Shown: one piece after another, positions 14,001 to 26,583 of the stretch
Layout of the letters: every line of letters starts with the position of its first letter
Position numbering within the stretch: the first letter of the stretch is position 1
Source of the DNA: Daphnia carinata
Taxonomy: Eukaryota
Direction of reading: 5' to 3'
NCBI RefSeq assembly: GCF_022539665.2
Contig: NC_081333.1
Span: 7,502,001-7,566,000 of the forward strand
DNA: 64,000 nucleotides
Notes under the pieces: generated by a model
What the model saw: the letters and a program-made list of their open reading frames with translations, nothing else
What the model was told of the DNA's origin: nothing
Databases searched by the model: none
Program-made: the position numbers and the translations under genes

Positions 14001-15394
14001 GCTGTGCATATCACACACTTAAAAGAAGTCTTTTTTAAGGATTATTCACACTATTTTGCATACAGTCCTATCGATTGATTAACATTAGAAAAGGAAATCG
14101 ATTCCCGAGGCTTCTTTTCATTGCGTTCAGCCAACGTCAAATCCCAAGGAGAAATCACAAAAAAAGGCTGTTGATGACCAATAGTTTCATTTTCTAGACG
14201 CATCAATTCTAACCGTCTGCTCCATTTAAAATTTACTTTGAAGGAGATTTAGTTTTTTAGAGCCTTACCTCCATCTAAATGACGAAAGTATGGGGTCGTT
14301 TGTTTGGCTGTTTGTTTTGAAAAAAAAAAAAAAAAAAGCTTTTGCGTAGCATCGATCCCTTGATGATGCATGAACACAATCATTGTTCTCGGACTGTCGT
14401 GAATGTTATACCACCGTCATCATCAACACAATATCGCGACGAGTCACTCGCTAGTTTTTGATGTGGGGCGGTGCATAGTTTTAACAGCAACGATGAGCAG
14501 GTTTTTCATCGTCATGCAAACCTTTTCGTCTATTTTCTTTTTTTTTTTTTAGGGAGAGAGGGGGGAAGTTTTGTTAACGATGTCGCCTCTATACGTAACT
14601 CGTTATTACCCTCTGGTCGCCTTTTTTTGTTGGTCCCCTTTTATATTCAGCCTCGCTCATTGCCGTGTCACCCTTGGATACAAAATGAATGGAGCGGTGA
14701 AAAAATAAGAGATAGGGGAAATCAAACAATAGACTGAACTGATAAAAAAAAGAAGGGGTCCAGCCTTACGTAATGCAAAAAAGAAAAGGAGAGAAACGTA
14801 TAAAGCTTTGACTACGTACAGAGAAGGGAAGAAGAAATTGGCACGGACGCAAGAGCGTCACTGGCAATCAGGTGAAACAAACGAGGGAAAAACAGTAAAA
14901 GACGAAGGAAGGCAGAGGGGAATTAAGGATAGAAAGCCATGCTTAATCTATAGAGAAAGAGAGGCATAGCTGGTAATGAGTTGGCCAGGGTTTTGCCGCA
15001 CAGCTCAATGAGAAGCAAATAAATGGATAGGCGGGCACAACTGACGGAAAATTATAGGCAATGTGTAGTGACGTTATACGCACAGCATAAAAAAGACCTA
15101 GAAAATAAGGATCTATGAAGCTGAAAAAGAAAAAAAGGATTTCCATTTCGATATGTAGGCAGCACATAGAGAAATGGAACAATCAAGCAAGGAGGACTCG
15201 ATCATTCTCGGCTCATCGACGGTTCCTCCGCCGCTGGTGGAACTAATTCGGTTCGTTATTAACGTAACGACGCCGAATTAGACAAAAAGAGAGGTTTGTT
15301 TATCTAACGTCCCGTTCTACTCGTATTGACTTTGTTACCATTAGCCCCCTTTTTTTTTCTTCTTCCGTCTTCTTCTTTGGGTACACATCGACAA

Positions 15395-15420
15395 CCCCCC
15401 CCCCCCCCCCCCCCCCCCCC
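15395..15420 (+). repeat. Poly-C run (C26)
   Basis: Read directly; the longest of many poly-G/C runs (e.g. G17 at 20040-20056). Confidence 0.9.
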
Positions 15421-18400
15421 AACCGTGTGCCTTGTTTGTTCAGCTCTGTTCGGGTATTTCCCCCGCATATAAAAATATGGAGCTATGCCAACACAAAACT
15501 GGGTATAAGAAAGAACAGGAAAAACGAGAAATAAAAGCGAGAGATGGGGCGAAGTAAATAAAAACTGATGGCCGTGCACATTATACGGGAGTGGTATTAC
15601 ATTAAAGCTTTCCTATCATCGAATGACGCAATGGCAAACAGTTCCCTATTTTTTTTCTTGTTTCTTATACCGGACCTGTACGAACGACTTCCTTTTCATC
15701 GTCGATGATGTGGACCATATATCTTTTTTCAAAAAAAAAATCTTGGACGGTCTGCTGAAGTTTATGGTCGGTAGCCAACGGTGCAACGAATGAAGCGGAG
15801 AGAAGAAAAATATTCGTATGGAACACTCACCTTCATTATAAAACTGATTCTGCTGTTGTGTCTAGACTTGGTAGAGTTGGTAGGGCCTAAGGTCTACTAA
15901 ACCAAAGCTCCAGGAGTTGAGGAAAGAAAAATAAAATGAAGAGAGAAATGTCTTTACATGTTGATCGATGTTGGTCGCGCGGCACTGAAACATCCAACAA
16001 ACATTTGCCTACTACTTTTTTTTTTGTTATTTTGGTTTCTTTTCTTTTTTTTTTCTGTTTTTAGAGGCGGAAAAAAAGAAGGGGAGAAGTCAGAATATTT
16101 GAAAAGGTGGGCGTGCCGGCCTATTCACCGCAAGTTTTTGATGTGCTTTGGTACTTTGACGCGCGACTGAGCACAAGGAAGAATCATATCATTCAACTAG
16201 TTTGCATGAGAGTCCATCATTTCAGTTTTTTTTCCTTTTACAAAGTTCACCCCTGCCCTGTCTTTTTTTTTTTTACACAAGAAAAAGAAAAATGCATAAA
16301 AAAAAAAAAATCAAAGACAGCCATCAAAAACCAAATAGATTATTCTCTGTACATGTGACATATCAAAGCGGGGGAAAGGGGAACACAAAGTTTTTTGGGG
16401 TCGTAACCGTTAGGCACAACTAGGCGAGTTGATGCGTAACTATGTTGTATACATAAACTTGGTGCGGTCAGTACACGCGGGTAAAAATGTCGGCCATTTT
16501 CTTTTTGTAGTTTAATTTTTTTACCAGTTTCCGGCATTTTTTTTCTCACTTATTTTCCCGCGGGAAACGGCGTACAGCTTGCATTGTTACTAGTTAACGA
16601 TGTCTGTGTGCTGAGCAATACACTGTATGTTAGATTGCGCCCTGTGTTTTTATTCACAACATAGTCAGCTAACAGAGGACAGAGTATCATCAAATATGAA
16701 CGTTATTACATCAGGGACGGTTCAACTATCCACAACTTGCCCTCCGTGGCTTTTAATTCTTTAGCTAGTAGCATTTTGCTCTTTTAAAAAAACATTCTTG
16801 TCGAATGAACTCTTCTCCATAACTCTGACTGTCTATAACTATAATTCCGAAAATATATAGATGCACACCATTGACTCTGACGATGGTGTCACGGAACGTA
16901 TTTTGTGCGGTCGTAACAAGAAAATGGGAAGGTCAGATGGATGGTCTCTATTGGCTTTTTCTTTTTTTCTTTTTAGATCTATATACTGGAGAATAGATAT
17001 AGCTACGGGGAGCTATATATGATTGTGTGTTTACAAAGAGAGGAACTGCATTGACAGCTAAGGGGAAAAAACACGTCGCAGTTGCGGATACTTCCCCTCA
17101 GGTCATTTCACGGTTGGAAACTTTTCAGTCTGAATGACGAAGAAAAGACGAAAAAACGAAATAGCCACGTGTATACAGAAAAATATAATAAAATTACAAA
17201 GATACCTAAAAGGGCATTGTACAGCAACGACGTCATTGCCAGCGAAAATTCTGCGTCCGTTTTCTCCTGTCATTTTTGAGCCTCGCGGATAAATCAGAAA
17301 AAAAAGACCAACTCAATTATAGATTCGTAGAATTTTTCTTTTTGCTTCTATTATATGAGGTTGTATTTTTTTTCTATTATCAATCTCGTGATTTAGAGTC
17401 TGAACGGGACGGGATTCAAATATCTCTGAGACGAATTTTTCGTGCTTGTTCACATACAGTATAATGACGTTACATTTAAAGCTCAATGCCAACTGGTCTA
17501 TTGTAAGCTCACAATAGCTTTGTACACGATACTATAGAATTTTTCGAGTCACGCGGGAATGCGTTACATCTAATGGTTGTAGGATGACTTATTGTACATG
17601 CATGAAAACAGTTGCCTGAGGAGAGCAACATCGACCTATTCCTTTTTTTTTTCCTCTGTCGATACCTTTACGTTGTTGCTCTGGGTCCATACTAGCATAC
17701 AACTCCTTATACTTAAGCCTTTTCTTTTTTTTTTTTCGTTTGAAATAGTCTATCACGTTTTGTCGTTTAATTCTTTTACATCTTTTTTATATTTCAAGCA
17801 GGAGATTGTCGGCCACCCGAATATAAAAAAAAAGGACAAAAAGATGGCTAGCGCATCAAGCTGGTTGCATTTCGTATTGTGGCACAATTTCGGCCGCACG
17901 CTAGAAATCCATCGGCATTCGATGACAACTGACATTTCGATGGCTCAACAAACAACAACCGAAGAAAAATATGATGATGATTGCAGCAACACAACAACAA
18001 AGGAGTAATAGACATACAGCGCAATGCAAGTAGCATCACGATGATGTTAGATATCTAAATAAATTGTAAATACATCCGCAATATACCGAATACATAGTCG
18101 GATATATTGAATGTGCATGTGTATAAGGAACAAACAGAAAAAGGCTGGGGATGGTTATGTCATAAATTCTCGCCAAACAAGGCCTTCTGACGCTTGAAAT
18201 TTTCTTTCTGAAAATATCTCTGCGTGTGTGTTTATTCCCGTACGATGCGATACAACGGTTGTTCTGATCAGCGCAAATCTAATACATACCGCAACCATCT
18301 GAAGGGGGGCAAAAAACAACTCGGTAAGTTAGCGCAATTCAATCCACCTGCCAACTGTTTCAATATCCGTATTTATTGCCACATTCTTATTATTAAGCCC

Positions 18401-18630
18401 TACAAATCACTGACGTCGTTTCGTCCAAAACAAACCCAAGACGCAAAACAAGGTATTTGGTGGGGAGTAAAAAAAAAAATAGAAATAAATTGTTTCGTTT
18501 ATATCAGAAAAAAGAATTAACGAAAGAATGCGATGTGTAGTTTGTCGCGGTGAAATGATGCGACAGCTAATATTACACCTCATATATTTTACGGTGCTAG
18601 TAATATAATACACACAGGGCGCTATACGAT

Positions 18631-18652
18631 GTGTGTGTGTGTGTGTGTGTGT
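18631..18652 (+). repeat. (GT)11 microsatellite
   Basis: Read directly. Confidence 0.9.
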
Positions 18653-21600
18653 TTTTCTTTTGGCTTCCTTATGTTGTTGTCATCGGTTGTTGTAGTGGTG
18701 CCGTTACTCGTACACGCACTAGTCCCTGATAATCATTGACGCACGCGCTCGTCCGAGTGTAAATCATCCGACAAAAGGATATGAGCGCAAAAGGCAGTCG
18801 AAAATCAGATTTCTTTCGGAAAATTCTCCTTCTCCCAATACTATTACGATTAGTGAAAACGAAATAGTAATACACTTTTGTTATTGCCGTCCGCGGTGAA
18901 CTTTGGTTTCAAAAGGGATTGGAAGAAAACGAGAGGAAAACGCATCGCAAACGATGAGTTTCTTGTATGATTTATTGGGGAACTGTGACGGACTGTCCAT
19001 CGAGTGCTCAAAAGAAAAGCGAGGCTACATAACAGAGGCAGCAAAAGGGACGATGTGAACAAAAGGGATTCAATTCAATCCGGTCCGCTTTTGAATATAT
19101 GTGTCCTATACGTATACACATTGAGACGCGAAGCCGTTGTTATTATACATATAAGTTCTACATATACACAATATCGAAATAGCTACAGGCGGAGAGAAAA
19201 GGGTCGCTCTGGCTTTTGTCGTTTTCAAAACTGTTTTATCACTCACGGCCAGCCGTCGTCCTTTATACGTCCGCATAAATAGAATACGATATTCTACTAT
19301 TTTACTATGCCATATATCTAAATTTAATCCCTTTTTGCTGGGCTTTCATCCTTTGGTCTAATTGACTGTTCATTTTTTTTTTTCGTTTTGCTGCAGAACT
19401 TGTCGCGTGTGCGACTTTGTTTCCCCCCTTTCCTTTTTGCGATAGTACGCCGAGAGAGGGAATCACAGATTGGCATCGACATCATCTGCAACATGAGACA
19501 AGAGCTGCGTAAAAGATACGACGCCCAAAAGTGTTGTTATTGTTCTTCCTGCAATACACTAGCCGCAGCGCAGAAAACAGTGTACACCATAAAATAGCTA
19601 TGTGGACAATACACATATAATCACGCACGCCCTCGAGTTGTGTATGTGCATTACAGAAGTAAATCGTAAATAGCAAGGGATAGCCTCTTGCTTTTTGACA
19701 ATGACGTCAGAACTATATTCGTGGTAAGTTAATGGGCAGAGAGGTTAGCGAATTGATGTGGGTGCAGAGCAATGTAACAAACGTAGACCGGGAGTGGACG
19801 ATGGACGAATATGTTCTAATCTGTTTACGGTAGACGTATAAAGTGTAGACCTTTCTCACACGCCACTAACTTTCTCCGGCCGACCGAGAAATGTGTCAAA
19901 TGTGTTTAGCAGGCTAATCTAAATATTTGCACTGGACGAGTACTCTGTTCTATTAGAACTGGAATTATTACGAATGCGAATACAAGGACCTTTACGGGGA
20001 TTACGTCGGATATGCAGAGTGGTTGTTGAGATTGTTCCAGGGGGGGGGGGGGGGGGTTTAAGAACCTTAACTTGAAAGTTTTAGTTAATTTTGATTGTTC
20101 TTACCTTTGGATTGCGAACTGCCATTGGACGGTCACTGTTTTTGTTTTGATTGTTGTTGTGCCATTGAACGAATAGCTTCTTCATTACGGGAACAGGTGG
20201 CGCGTTCCACAGTTGGTCCTCCATAATAGATGAAAGCTTTGCTTGGCTCGGCTTTTATTTCTATCAATCCATCTATATTTTACAGACCACTCTCTTCTTT
20301 TTTTTTGTTGTGCCCCCTCTAACTTCTTGTTGTGTAGAAGTGGTCTAGCCTTCGTCCGCCTACTGCAACTGGTCTTTTATCTTGTTTAACTATTAATGAG
20401 TGTCCTTCTGTACGGATGCCTTGCTTGCTTATAGATCGCCCCTAGCTCGTGTACGAGTGCCTTTTCTTTTGTTCCCCCTTTTGCCTCTGTCACCCGCAAC
20501 AACAACCAACAACATCCAAATGACTACCCCAGCCGAGACGCGTGCTCAATTGCAGACAAGCCCTGCTTTTTTTTGTGTGCCTGTGTTTTCTATTCCCTTT
20601 TTGTTTGTGTGTGTGTGCATACTAAGCAAATATATCTTTCAAACTTTTTGAAATGTGTAGGACAGAAGAAAAACGGTAGAAAATGAAATGCTTTGTGTCT
20701 ATGTTGTATTCTTTTTTTTTACGCCGGCTATTTTGATGATGATCGTCATTTGTTTGCGTTTTATTTGGTGTAATAATTTGCTTCGCATAGTGACAAGACA
20801 AACCTTCCGCCCTCCCCCCCCCAACAAAAGACGCATGCAGAAATGACGGGAAAGGAATAAATTTTTAGTTGGCGGCAGTTTTTCTTCCGCTCCGTCCAAG
20901 TGTGCGGTATATATATGCGGAATGTGCGACTGCCTGATGCATGTATATATGTGCTACGTAATATATATGATGCCGTTTTTCATTTATTTACATAATACCG
21001 TCAAGTGGTTGCGGCTATGTAGCGGTTGCGCGACTTGTCGTCCCTTTTGAAAAACAAAAAATCTATAGCCGCGCATAAAACGCTATCTTCTACCGAAAAC
21101 GACAATATTTTTTTCTCTCTCTCTCTCCCTTTGGATACAGTAGGGGAAGCGAAGAGATGGTTGACTTGATGCCCCTCGCGCTTGATTCCCTCTTTTGTGT
21201 TAGGGCGGAGACCGGAAAGAGAAAAGACAAGTGTGATTTTCTGCTGATTCCTTCCTTCGTCCCGCGCATTCAAAAGAGAGGCTACGTACGTAGACGCATG
21301 TATGGAAGAATGGCAGACTACCAAGAAAAAGAAAAGACTGATGACTGTTCGGGTTAGCATTGGATCGGATAGGTGGGGCCCTGAAGAAAAGAAAAAAAAA
21401 AAGACGGTAGGAACGCGTAAAAGCAACAGTCATTGCATATAAGGGAAAATAATGACTGCGAATCGCATTCGGATTAATTGGATTTGCGGGGAACAAAAAA
21501 GAGTGGCAAAAAAAAAAAGAGACGCATACAAATAAAAAGTGACCGTGAGGCGCACCCAAGAATCGTATAGCCACTTTGGACTCAACAATTTTCGATGGCG

Positions 21601-24600
21601 CATTCGCTGACTTCGTCCTTTTTTTGTTTAGCGCTCTGCCGTGCAGCCGTTCGAATCGATAAGTTGAACTTGTTTGTTTCGTGTCCTTTCGTTGCTCCAC
21701 AATTTTTTTTCCTTACTTTCATTCCCGTTTTCTTTGCACGTTCTTCTACCCTCACTCCCAGGTCGTCCGCTATTTGGTTTTATCATTTCCCTGATTTTAC
21801 GTTCGTTCGACTTGTTACAGTCCCTCCCCACAAAATACAAACATTACACAGACGTACGTAGACTGCAGCAAAAAAAAAGCTCACTTCGTTTGCTCTATAC
21901 GCATAGCTCTCTATAAATAAATGACTTGTGGATTATGCAGACCATGATAAGAATGTAAAGCCAGGCTAAAACATAACGAAAATATTTCCAACCAGCTCGT
22001 TTTCTTTTTGGCAGAGAGCAAAGAAAAAAAAAAAAAAATAGTAAATTATACCATGTGAACTTTTTTTTGTTATCCAGCAACACATCGCCCATCTGCGTTG
22101 GGATTCAGCCCAGGGAAGAGAAAAGCCTACGTCGGATATAGCATTCTGCCGAAATGATCCCTGCATGATTGAGGTGTATAGCGACCCCTTTTTGCGGCGA
22201 ATGTTAACTTCTTTTGCGATGAAAAAGAGCCAAGAATATTTCTTCATCCTTGTTGATGATAGGATGCGGAGGCAGTCAATGGCATACGTCATTGTTTCTC
22301 ACTCGTTCGGCTTGTTGCTGCTAATATTCAAATGCAGTATCTGTTCTGCCTTTTTGTCGTTCGTTTCGTGATATTTGAATAATTTACTTTTTCGTAGATG
22401 GAGTAATTTCTTGAAATAGCTGTGAATTTCTCGGTTGCACGAAAATACTAGGCGTCAATTATTTACATAGTTCATCGTGTAGGTGTCGGTTCTTCTACAT
22501 AATTGATTGGCATACCGAGATCATGACGTATGACGATTTGACACGCCATTCTTCTGCTAGCCAAAGATACCATTCTACTATAAAGAGGATTGTGCAACCA
22601 TGACGATTAAAGGGATGAGAGTCTACAATGAAAAAAAAAAGGGAACCTAACGTCGCGGCAGTAATTGGCTAGGAATGAACACGTCATTGGAGATCCAAAG
22701 ATAACGAGCCGCAATGACTAGGATATGAGCAACAGTCCGTCGTTTGTATAATTAACCACTTCCTTCATTGTCCAGGCGAACACCTACGTCTTTACTTTCA
22801 ACGTTGACGACCTCACGTGCTGTATAATAACGAAATCCTTTCGCGACAATCGTTTGGTTCGACTCTCTTTCACGTCCACATGATTCCTTTCTATTCTTTT
22901 TGCTCCATATCCCCTGTACCTTGGCAGAAAGGCGATCACGTAGCGTTATTCTCGTGAACCACATCTGACATTAACTGTATATGTACTGCTGCGCCTCGCC
23001 GAACCTATTCAACTCCATCCAATAAAATGCGCTAGTATAAAATAGGAGAATAGAAGAAGAAAAAAAAGATGCTACTATTATATTGCTTATAGATATACTC
23101 TGGCTTCCCTCCTCCCCCCCCCCCCTCCTGTTGTTTCATTTGAAATTTTATGTTTTGTTTGATATCCATAGAGAGCGTGTTTACCGTACGAGATGAGACG
23201 CAAGATATAAAGAAACGTATGGTATGTCATCTATTCCACTATACAGATCGGTAAAGCTTCCTTTCCTTTCTTTTCCATGGCAATTTGAATAGCGAGAGCA
23301 ACAATGGTCCCGAAGAAGGAATGCTATACAGGTTATATTTTCTTCTAGGTTTTGTTGGTTTTTGGCCTTTTTTTTTTTACAGTTCATATCAGCAGAACGC
23401 AGGGCTGCAAAAGTCGTCATCTGTGTATAAGAGTTTGACAGCACGTCCTATTGTAATCGACCCTTTTATCTTCAATACGTATATAGAACAGGTCTGAAAT
23501 TTAAGCTGTTAATACACGCCTTGAATCAGAGTTGCACATACGAGACGGAATAAAAATAAAAGGAAATCCCGTGTCTCAATGAGAAATGTTGATAACGTGT
23601 GGAACTGTTTTTGTTTTTTTCGTGAAATCGAAGAAAAATGTTTTTCTTTTCTTTCATCTATCGCAAACAAAAACGTAAAAGGAAATCCAAGAATTCGTCA
23701 AATGAACATGTAGCCATCAGCCTAGCAAAGAAAGTAAACATGACGCAACCATAAAACCAAATGATATATACCCAACGTATGTACATGGATACACACGAGA
23801 CCGGAATGAGTTTTTTAGCTGCAGGGTTCCGGCCGCAACGGGCCGTGGAACATATCCATATTGCACGAGAAATTTCGCCTTCAACTGTGTGACGAGAAAC
23901 TCTGTTTAGAGGTTATTCTATTGAACTTATATATAAATATCAGCCTCCCCAAAATGTCGCCCGGACGGGTTGTCATCAGGCGCTGTAATAATATTGACTC
24001 TGCCTCTCGGTTTGCTCAAGTTCGGCAGCGGTATTCCCATTCCAGACGAATACACACGGTGCGCTAGTATATTACATATCTATATACAAATATGAGAACG
24101 GGGGGAAAGAGACTAGAAAAAGGGTAGATATTTTTTTCTTTTATTCCTCCCTATTTTTTTTTTTTATTTCTTGGTCCAGTAAAAAAAAAAAAGGCAGATC
24201 GATCTGCTGTTGAGGCAGTCAAATCGGGTGGATCGTATATTATTCGATGTCCTGTCTAGCGTCTCCGTCCTTCTTTTTTTAATATCTACTGCTAGGATAG
24301 GACCAACTGATGGCAGCCGCTAGACATTGACGCATTCGATTCGAGATTGCCAGTCTATGCGTAGTCGTCATATGCGTTCTCTCTCGTTCCCTTTGCAGTA
24401 GGCATTCAATAGTTGCCACACTGTTGGATTTCCTCTTGTTTTCCCCATTCTTTTAAAATGTATTTAAAGAGAGAAAAATGATTATTTACAGATAGCTTCC
24501 CCCCTCCATGTTGTTACAGATGGGCTGACTATTTTGTTTTCACCCGCATCTTCATATTAACGTTTTAAAATAAAAACGTGTAGCTCCTTTTTGATGTGTG

Positions 24601-26361
24601 TACACATTTTGTCGTGAATCTATGCCGAAGTGAATGTGCGTGCGTGACTATGTGTACAGTGTTGCTCCTGGCTAGTAGAGCATCATTTGAATGCGTCCCG
24701 ACATTTTGCTGACGCGGTGACAGAGAACGAAAGATACAAGTCCTTTTCTTTTTTTTTTTTTATAAAAGCTTTTTACGCATTTTTTTTCTTTTCTTTTCTG
24801 AAATATTCAGTGCACAGTTTCTTCCAAACAACCTCCAAAAAAAAAAAAAAAATGTGGGAGGAAAAAGCTTGCTGAGCCAGCAAGTGTGTGTGCCTTCACG
24901 TCAGCAAGCTGGGCAAGAGGAAATCCAAGCAACAGCACAGCAAAAAGCCAACATATATAGCCGCCATTTTTTTTTCTCATTCGCTGTTTTTCAATGAGGA
25001 TGTGTGGCTCCTATAAAAGAGAACGAAACCACCCTACTGCTGGGCTTCTTTGAAGAAGGAGGCGCTCCGCCAAACCCCATTCAACACGCTCTGTCTCACC
25101 GTTTTTTGTTCGCTGTCAACTGGATGTTGTCTTCTGCTTTGCCCTCTTTTCTTCATACCAAACTATTCCACATTTTTTTTTATCTCGTAGAAACAACTGG
25201 CAAATAAGTATTGACTTCTTTGCTGACAGCCATTTTTTTCTTTTCTGTTTTTCCCTACTTTTTAGTCTACCTCCGGTATGATTTCAACTGTCTCTTTCGG
25301 AACGTGCACCCCACAGGGCTGTTTATTTAATAATAAAAATGCTCGACTAGTTCGAAGCACTGCGAATATAAATATAAGAAACCAACGAACTGCGAGTTAC
25401 TAACTGGCCAGAAATTTTTCAAATGTCCCATGACTGATTGTGTGATATAGTTTTTCTCCTAGCCTTTTTCGGCTCCTCCCTGAATAAATGTCGACAGTTT
25501 TGACGATGTGTAGCCTTCCAAGTCTTCCTCCCCTCACTAGCGTACATAGTGCGATGTGGAGTGGATATATACGCGGTCGTTGGCGGCGACGACATTACTG
25601 CAGACGCGGCGGCTATATAACATCGCGCTGACATCCGTAATCGCCAGATTATATATAAAGGAGAGCGAGACGAACGGGAGGGAGGTTGCAGGCGGGTATA
25701 GAGAAAAAGGCGAAAGGAAAGGAAAAAAAAGAAAGCTGCTGACAGAGCTCGTGCATCGTCAACAGCCCACTTGAAAGGTTCTTATTTGCATCAAGAAAGA
25801 AGAAGGTTTGGGCTGGATGGAACACTTTTCTTTATTCTCGCTATAGGCTTTTTTTTGTTCTTTTTCTTTTCGCCCATAAATACTTGAACTGTACTCTGAA
25901 TAATACTCAGGGTTAGCGCAGTCAACTCACAACATCGCCCACACAGTCAAATTACGATTTTATTTTATTTTAATTTGCGTTTTTTTTCAATTTTTGTTTT
26001 TGTGGGTGGGGGGTTCGTTAGTAGTATTGCACTGCCCATTTATGCTTCAAAGGAAAACAAGCTTGCTGTTTGCCTTTGCGAAATTTAGCGAGCTAATCAA
26101 TAATCCAATTCATTGACAGCTATAACCATGATCAAGATAAACTTGTATAAAACGAAAATAGTTTGCTGGACAAATAGCAACAAGGCTGGGAGGAGGTATG
26201 CACCGTTGTCGGGTCCCGCTGGTATTGATAGACTGTTGCATCACCTCTGATTCATAAAATACAAATCCCAAACCAAACCGAACTTGATTTTTGACAACCT
26301 CATTGAATTGTGAATACGAATCAAGCATTTTATGGTAATATCGAGAGAAAAAAAAAATAGA

Positions 26362-26403
26362 AAAAGTCGGGCTTATTTTATCGGGCTTATTTTGTCGGGC
26401 TTA
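26362..26403 (+). repeat. 14-bp tandem array, three copies with core TCGGGCTTA
   Basis: AAAAGTCGGGCTTA (26362), TTTTATCGGGCTTA (26376), TTTTGTCGGGCTTA (26390). Same core and period as the array at 37163. Confidence 0.9.
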
Positions 26404-26583
26404 TTTTTTTAAAGTCCAATTTTATCGCGAAAAAATTTTGACTTGTAATTCAGTTAAATCTAACCTGATATAAATTAATTTGAAATCTGCTTTCAAATAA
26501 AATATTAGTTTCTTCCGTTAATTGTGTTGATTTTAAAATAAAATGGAATCCAAGTGCTTTTAGCGCAACCCCTTTGAATTTAA
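26362..26583 (-). mobile_element. Putative non-autonomous DNA-transposon remnant (copy A of the same family)
   Basis: The reverse complement of 26553-26583 (TTAAATTCAAAGGGGTTGCGCTAAAAGCACT) matches 36995-37025 at 27/31 nt. Patchy similarity continues to ~26430, and the segment carries the same 14-bp array core. Confidence 0.5.

Noticed and set aside
23826..23851. GC-rich hairpin GTTCC-GGCC...GGCC-GT-GGAAC as a Helitron 3' end
   Set aside because: No CTRR terminus at the expected distance and no other Helitron features.
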